Assembly (NCBI GenBank): GCA_947302535.1
Contig: CAMYVX010000001.1
Location: 64,705 to 128,704, forward strand
DNA length: 64,000 bases
Direction of reading: 5' to 3'
From: an uncultured Bacillales bacterium
Lineage (GTDB): Bacteria; Bacillota_I; Bacilli_A; RFN20; CAG-826
Below are positions 58,925 to 64,000 of the stretch, piece after piece (position 1 is the first letter of the stretch; every line of letters begins with the position of its first letter). The position numbers and the translations under genes were made by a program. Below the pieces are notes generated by a model. That model was not told the origin of the DNA, did no database searches, and saw nothing but the letters and a program-made list of their open reading frames with translations.

Positions 58925-60793
58925 ATGGCTAGTTTAAAATTAAGTCACATTTACAAAGTCTATGAGAATGGTCATAAGGCTGTAAATGATTTTAACATTG
59001 ATATCGAAGATAAAGAATTCATCGTCTTCGTCGGTCCTTCTGGATGTGGTAAGTCCACCACATTAAGAATGATTGCTGGTTTAGAGAATATTACCGCTGG
59101 TGATTTATTCATTGGTGATACCTTAGTGAACGATATGGAACCAAAAGATAGAGATATCGCGATGGTGTTCCAATCTTACGCTTTGTATCCACATATGACC
59201 GTTTATGACAACATGGCGTTTGGTCTTAGAAATAGACATATGCCAGAAGAACAAATTAGAGAAAAGGTCTTAGAAGCAGCGAAGATGCTTGATATCGAAA
59301 TCTATCTTGATAGAAAGCCAAAAGCGATGTCTGGTGGACAAAGACAACGTGTGGCCTTAGGTAGAGCTCTTGTTCGTGATCCAAAAGTCTTCTTATTAGA
59401 CGAACCATTATCTAACCTTGATGCTAAGCTCCGTGCTCAAATGAGAACAGAGATTACTAAATTACATAAGAAATTAGCAACAACTTTCATCTACGTTACC
59501 CATGACCAAGTCGAAGCTATGACAATGGGTACCAGAATCGTTGTTATGAAATTGGGTTATGTCCAACAAATCGATACCCCAATGAACTTATACAACAAGC
59601 CATATAATAAATTCGTTGCGGGATTTATTGGCACTCCACAAATGAACTTCTTTGACGTCACTTTAACTCGTAAAGGTGACAAAGTCACAATTAAATATCC
59701 TGATGGATCTACAAGCGTTGTTTCTTATGAATCCGTTTGTAAGATGGATAATAGATTCTTAGATGGCGAAACCACAGTTATCTTAGGTATCCGTCCAGAA
59801 CATATTGCTTTAAGCAGCAAGAAGACAAACTTAAGCGCCACTGTCAACGCAGTTGAACACTTAGGTAATGAATGTATCGTTTATGGTAAATTAGGTCAAG
59901 AAACTGGCGAATTCACCATGAAAGATGAAGGACGTAATATTATCATTAAGACCATTGAAGGTGTTAAGGTCGAAGTCGGCGATGTCGTCTATCTTGAAAT
60001 TAGTGAAGATAAAGTTCACTTATTCGATAAAGAAAGTGAAATTACTCTTATTCATGAAATTCCTCCATTCACTGCAGTGGAAAGCAAAATCAAAGGTGGT
60101 AAAGCTGCCTTATTTGGTGAAGATGCCGTCTTACCTCCAGCCTTATTAGAGGCCTTAGGTGACGCCAGTGAAGCGAGAATTGAAATTCCTCCATTTGCTG
60201 TTGTTCCTGGCAAAGATTTCAAACTTCGCGTTGCGAAAGTGGAAAAAGTCGATGGCAAGAACTTAGCATGGCTTGAAAATGGAGATAAATTCCTCTTTGC
60301 TTTAGTGGATGATGGTGTCAAAGCTGGTGCTTCCTTACCATTCTCCCTTAAATACGATAAATTAAGAATCAAGGTTAAAGGCGAAGTGGTCTTAGAACCT
60401 GTCGGCGAAACTGAATCCTTAATTGGTTCCTTCAAGAAAGTCGATGTTGCTAGAAACGAAGTCTCCTTCTTATACAACATTGAAGGTGTTGATTTACACG
60501 CTCCTGTAGAAGCGGGTTATAAGATCAACGCAGTTGAAGGAAACAAATGTTACAAGAAGAATTACCGTTATGTCTTTGATAGAAAGAAAGTCATGCTCGG
60601 CGAAGCCGGATTATCTGGTGTTGTCGAAAAAGTCTTTGACTACGGTAATCAAAAATATGCCTTACTTTCAGTAGGAGCACAAAAACTCTTAGTTGAAGTT
60701 GATAAAGATTTCAATACTGGACATGTTGACTTCGCTCTTAATGGCGATGACTTCGAAGTCTGGCAACAAGAAATCAACTTCCGTATTTGCTAA
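58925..60793 (+). CDS. sugar ABC transporter ATP-binding protein (MalK/MsmK/UgpC family) with a ~250-aa C-terminal extension
   Basis: Walker A GPSGCGKST. Q-loop. Signature MSGGQRQRVALGRAL. Walker B FLLDEPLSNLD. At 622 aa it is far longer than a canonical MalK. The extension contains the duplicated EIPPF(T/A)(A/V)V motif. AGGAGG Shine-Dalgarno. Confidence 0.85.
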   Translation: MASLKLSHIYKVYENGHKAVNDFNIDIEDKEFIVFVGPSGCGKSTTLRMIAGLENITAGDLFIGDTLVNDMEPKDRDIAMVFQSYALYPHMTVYDNMAFGLRNRHMPEEQIREKVLEAAKMLDIEIYLDRKPKAMSGGQRQRVALGRALVRDPKVFLLDEPLSNLDAKLRAQMRTEITKLHKKLATTFIYVTHDQVEAMTMGTRIVVMKLGYVQQIDTPMNLYNKPYNKFVAGFIGTPQMNFFDVTLTRKGDKVTIKYPDGSTSVVSYESVCKMDNRFLDGETTVILGIRPEHIALSSKKTNLSATVNAVEHLGNECIVYGKLGQETGEFTMKDEGRNIIIKTIEGVKVEVGDVVYLEISEDKVHLFDKESEITLIHEIPPFTAVESKIKGGKAALFGEDAVLPPALLEALGDASEARIEIPPFAVVPGKDFKLRVAKVEKVDGKNLAWLENGDKFLFALVDDGVKAGASLPFSLKYDKLRIKVKGEVVLEPVGETESLIGSFKKVDVARNEVSFLYNIEGVDLHAPVEAGYKINAVEGNKCYKKNYRYVFDRKKVMLGEAGLSGVVEKVFDYGNQKYALLSVGAQKLLVEVDKDFNTGHVDFALNGDDFEVWQQEINFRIC

Positions 60794-60812
60794 GGTTAAT
60801 CTGTTTAATAAG

Positions 60813-60840
60813 AACCACCGACAAATATCGGTGGTTTTTA
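60813..60840 (+). terminator. rho-independent terminator
   Basis: AACCACCG-ACAAATAT-CGGTGGTT hairpin followed by TTT. Confidence 0.65.
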
Positions 60841-60859
60841 GCAAATATTAAATATTGAT

Positions 60860-61753
60860 ATGGAAAAGAATAACGAAACAATAATTGATGAAAATAAGCA
60901 AGAAGTAGTGGACTCAAATCCTCGAGAGGTTAAAGAAGAAAAACCCGCTGATGTTTTTGTAATCAAACTACCTGAAGAGGAAAAGAAAGATCCTTTAACA
61001 GTGGAACCAAATAAGCCCGCTCATTGGAGCATGCGCGCCGCTAGTGGGCTAATTGATCTATGCCTTATTTTTGCTTCGGTCTTTGGTTTACGTGCTTTAT
61101 TCGTGGCTACTCCAATGGGTAATTATCTAAGAGAATTAAGTAGAGAGATTGTACAAATTCAAGATGATTACAAATTAGAACCCTTAGTTAAGGGTAGCGA
61201 AGAAACTGTTGGCTATAAAGTCTATGAAGGCGAAGAAAAATATACGACCTCCAATTATCAAGTTTATGAAGATGAGGAAGGTAAATATATTGTCATGAAT
61301 AATGACAAGATTTCTGATGAACTTCTTGATGCTTATACCAGTGCGGTAAGTGGAGATACCGAATATAAAAATGCGACATTTAATTATCGTTTAGTGGATT
61401 TTGGTTTTGTCGCTTTATCAGGATTTATTGCTGAAGGGATCTTCATTTTTGCTATTCCTTTATTAAATAAAAGAAGGGCCACTCTTGGTAAACTTGCCGC
61501 GGGTGAACAAGTTATTAATAGCAAATATCAAACTAAAACTAAATGGTATCAAATGTTTGGTAGATGGTTATGGACTTATGGGGTTGAAGGTATATTACCT
61601 TACCTATTCATCTCTAGCTTAACCACTGTTATTGTACCAATTGTTTTATTCGTTATTACTTTGTGCAATAAAGAAAGAAAAACCCTACACGATTTCGTTT
61701 GCAGAACCCGTGTTATTGAGAAAAGGACATTTCTTCCTTTAGATGAACAATAA
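60860..61753 (+). CDS. RDD-family membrane protein
   Basis: RAASGLIDLCLIF. ...RRATLGKLAAGEQVI, typical of the RDD domain. Confidence 0.55.
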   Translation: MEKNNETIIDENKQEVVDSNPREVKEEKPADVFVIKLPEEEKKDPLTVEPNKPAHWSMRAASGLIDLCLIFASVFGLRALFVATPMGNYLRELSREIVQIQDDYKLEPLVKGSEETVGYKVYEGEEKYTTSNYQVYEDEEGKYIVMNNDKISDELLDAYTSAVSGDTEYKNATFNYRLVDFGFVALSGFIAEGIFIFAIPLLNKRRATLGKLAAGEQVINSKYQTKTKWYQMFGRWLWTYGVEGILPYLFISSLTTVIVPIVLFVITLCNKERKTLHDFVCRTRVIEKRTFLPLDEQ

Positions 61754-61832
61754 TTTTATTATTGCTTTAATGAATTGAAAAAAATATAATGATTATGAAC
61801 TTCCTTAAAGGAAATATAGGAGATAATGCGTT

Positions 61833-63389
61833 ATGAAAAGAAAATCTTTATTCTTGTCATCCTCTTTACTTTTTTTGACAATGCCTCTTCTTGCTGGATG
61901 TGGTGGTAAATCATCTAGCGGCGGAACGAAGAAAATCGTTCTTTGGGTTGGTAGTGAATCTGCGGCTTTCTATAAATCAAAAGTTGCGGACTACATTGCT
62001 AGTGAAAATCCTGGAATTGAAGTTGATGTTGTCCCAAGTGATATTGGTTCTGCCGGTGGTGTTATGGATAAAGATAATACAACCTGTGGTGATATCGTCT
62101 CTATCGCTCATGATAACATTGGTAAATTATCACAAAAGAGTTTAATTGCTCCTATCGTTGATGAAGATTTATTAAAACAAATCGATGAAGACAACCCTCA
62201 AGGATTCAAAGATGTTATTGAAAACTATTTAGGCGCTCCAAGCGAAGATAACCAAGAAAAATACGTCTTCGCTGTTCCTTATATCTCCCAAGCTTTATTC
62301 CTTTATTACGATACTAGATATGTTCAACCTGATGAAGCTGATACCTTCGAAGGCTTAGAACAAGCGGCAGCGAGATACGATACCATACGTAGTGATGGTA
62401 AACATACAAAATCCTTCCTCGTGACTGGCACTGATGGATTTAACTTCTCCTTCCAAGTCTTAGCGAGAAAATTAGTTGATGGCGGTAACGTCGCTACTAG
62501 TAGAATTTATGAAGGTTTTGATAAAAACGCTTGTTATGAACAATCTAATGACCAAGTCGCGGTCATGAGATGGTTACAAAGAAGTCATAATTCCACTAAT
62601 GGTTTCTTACTTAAACCTGGTTCCAAATGGGAAATCTCTATTCAACAAAAAGACGCGCTTGCATCTATCGGTGGTGCTTGGCAATACGAAGCCTTCAAAT
62701 CCGCGGTTGGTGAAGAAAATATTGGTTGTAAACCAATTCCTACCTTCACATTAACTGAAGATGATGTTGCGGGTATTGAAGATGTTAAATATCCAAATGC
62801 TGATTATGTGAAAGAAGAATTACGTGGTAAGACTGATCCTGCTCCAGTAGCTGGTACAACTTATCGTGGTGGTTCCTTCGTTGACTGTAAATGTTTCGTC
62901 ATCAATATGGCGGCCATTCAAAAATTTGATAATTCTGAAGATAGAGAAGATATTTACTACAAGATGACTAAACTTGTTAAATATCTCTCCACTAAAGAAG
63001 TGCAAAAAGAATCATTCAAAGCGGCGTTAAACGTTCCTGCATTTAAAGGCGCTGATGAATACATTGCTTCCTTAGATCCTGAAAAAGACGACATTTCCAA
63101 ATCCGCTTTAGATATGGCGAAAGCACAAACTGCGATGAATGAATTTGGCATTGCTCAACCATTCGTTGATGGTAAATTAAATACTTATTATTATCAAAGC
63201 TCCGCTCCTGATTACTATGAACAAGGTATCAGAAACGATAGCGGTATTGATAAAGAATACTATGATACTTCCACCGTTATTGGTATTAGAAGAGTTCTCT
63301 TCTTAATCGAATACGTGTGGAGAAATGGTAAACGTCCAGATATCTCTAAGATTTCTTCTACTTTACCTGCTGCCAGTGATAAACAATAA
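61833..63389 (+). CDS. carbohydrate ABC transporter solute-binding lipoprotein (maltodextrin/oligosaccharide-type)
   Basis: Lipobox LLAGCGGKSSSGG. KIVLWVGSE, typical of the N-terminus of a sugar-binding SBP. Followed by a permease gene. Confidence 0.7.
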   Translation: MKRKSLFLSSSLLFLTMPLLAGCGGKSSSGGTKKIVLWVGSESAAFYKSKVADYIASENPGIEVDVVPSDIGSAGGVMDKDNTTCGDIVSIAHDNIGKLSQKSLIAPIVDEDLLKQIDEDNPQGFKDVIENYLGAPSEDNQEKYVFAVPYISQALFLYYDTRYVQPDEADTFEGLEQAAARYDTIRSDGKHTKSFLVTGTDGFNFSFQVLARKLVDGGNVATSRIYEGFDKNACYEQSNDQVAVMRWLQRSHNSTNGFLLKPGSKWEISIQQKDALASIGGAWQYEAFKSAVGEENIGCKPIPTFTLTEDDVAGIEDVKYPNADYVKEELRGKTDPAPVAGTTYRGGSFVDCKCFVINMAAIQKFDNSEDREDIYYKMTKLVKYLSTKEVQKESFKAALNVPAFKGADEYIASLDPEKDDISKSALDMAKAQTAMNEFGIAQPFVDGKLNTYYYQSSAPDYYEQGIRNDSGIDKEYYDTSTVIGIRRVLFLIEYVWRNGKRPDISKISSTLPAASDKQ

Positions 63390-63425
63390 GATTGAAATAC
63401 ACATTTTAGAAAGGAGGAATTATTA

Positions 63426-64000
63426 TGGCTGATGAAGTTATGACACAAGAAAAGAAACCAAATTTCTTTGTACGTTTCGGTCGTGGATTTGTCAATTTCT
63501 TTACTAAATCTATTCCTAACTTCTTCACAAAGAAGATTCCAGCGTTCTTCGTTCGTATTGGACACTGGTTTAGGGATTTTGGCTTAAGATTTGTCGATGG
63601 TTCTATTGGAACTAAATTATCACACTTTATTCTTGGTGCTGGTAGTGTCTACCACGGACAATTTATCAAAGGTTTAATCTACTTTGGTTTACAAGTCTTG
63701 TTTGTCCTTTACATGGTGTTATGCCCTGCGATTACAGGTCCTAACGGTGTTCAAGTTCCAACTGGTTATAAATCATTAATCAATTTACAACTTGCTGGTC
63801 AAGACGCCCACCTTCCAGAAGGCTCTGGTGGTAGATGGACTCCAGGTGGTGGTATTATCCCCGCTGATAGCTCAATCTTAATGCTCTTATTAGGATTAGT
63901 GACTATTGCCATTATTATTCTTTACATTATTGTTTGGTTAAGTAATATTAAGAGTTCTTATATTGCTGATACCGCTGTTAAGGAAGGAAGAAAGCCTTCT
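63426..64000 (+). CDS. sugar ABC transporter permease (MalF-like), 5' part only; runs off the window end
   Basis: AGGAGG at 63409-63414 followed by ATG 63426. Open frame to the window end with hydrophobic helices (LIYFGLQVLFVLYMVLC; ILMLLLGLVTIAIIILYIIVWL). Confidence 0.6.

Noticed and set aside
60052-60480. 142-aa minus-strand ORF inside the MalK-like gene
   Set aside because: It is antisense to a clearly coding ABC ATPase gene and has Ser/Thr/Ala/Leu-rich low-complexity composition. It has no independent start signals.
63260-63565. 101-aa minus-strand ORF spanning the SBP/permease junction
   Set aside because: It is antisense to the end of the solute-binding protein gene and to the Shine-Dalgarno and start of the permease gene. 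It has no motif.
1-64000. Possibility that this is a code-4 (TGA=Trp) Mycoplasma genome
   Set aside because: Many long, motif-complete genes (glyA, pepT, pullulanases, ABC ATPases) are intact when TGA is read as a stop, and TGG encodes Trp at conserved positions.
1-64000. CRISPR arrays, tRNA or rRNA genes
   Set aside because: I found no regularly spaced direct repeats and no cloverleaf-like or rRNA-like segments in the intergenic regions inspected (493-878, 4895-5179, 7889-8157, 11657-11888, 36124-36287, 48822-49198, 55402-55596, 58800-58924).

Overview
This is a low-GC (roughly 30%) stretch of bacterial chromosome read in the standard genetic code. Many long genes are intact with TGA acting as a stop codon, so it is not a code-4 Mycoplasma. 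Several lipoproteins carry a lipobox Cys followed by Gly/Ser and Pro/Glu-rich linkers, and Shine-Dalgarno sites are AGGAGG-like; this resembles Acholeplasma-like Mollicutes or Erysipelotrichia, but I cannot place the organism. The window splits into four blocks. (1) Positions ~1-13.1 kb are an accessory island with a defense-island character. It contains a disrupted large serine recombinase, two paralogous small ORFs, a dGTPase-family HD phosphohydrolase, a RecD-like SF1 helicase with a ~430-aa N-terminal region I cannot assign, a ~1066-aa STAND/NACHT-type NTPase with an N-terminal nuclease-like domain, a Fic protein, and a large surface protein with Listeria-Bacteroides repeats. (2) Positions ~14-36.1 kb are a Wzx/Wzy-type capsule or exopolysaccharide locus. 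It encodes Ugd with a UDP-glucuronate epimerase, WecB with a WecC-like dehydrogenase, a CapE/CapG/CapF-like UDP-L-FucNAc pathway, a WbuB-like and three further GT4 glycosyltransferases, a pyruvyl transferase, a PglC-like priming transferase, an apparent Wzy-Wzx fusion ORF, and an antisense BNR-repeat protein. (3) Positions ~36-47 kb are housekeeping genes: glyA, a ribokinase, a nucleoside hydrolase, pepT, and a MarR-regulated heterodimeric ABC exporter. (4) Positions ~47-64 kb are a starch/pullulan utilisation locus. It has two paralogous GH13 pullulanases, a GH13 alpha-amylase lipoprotein, small accessory lipoproteins, a long MalK/MsmK-like ATPase, a solute-binding lipoprotein, and a permease truncated by the window end. 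No rRNA, tRNA or CRISPR array was seen. The strongest novelty candidate is the dGTPase-like HD protein paired with the RecD-like helicase, within an island where each defense-like module is preceded by a divergent copy of the same small ORF.
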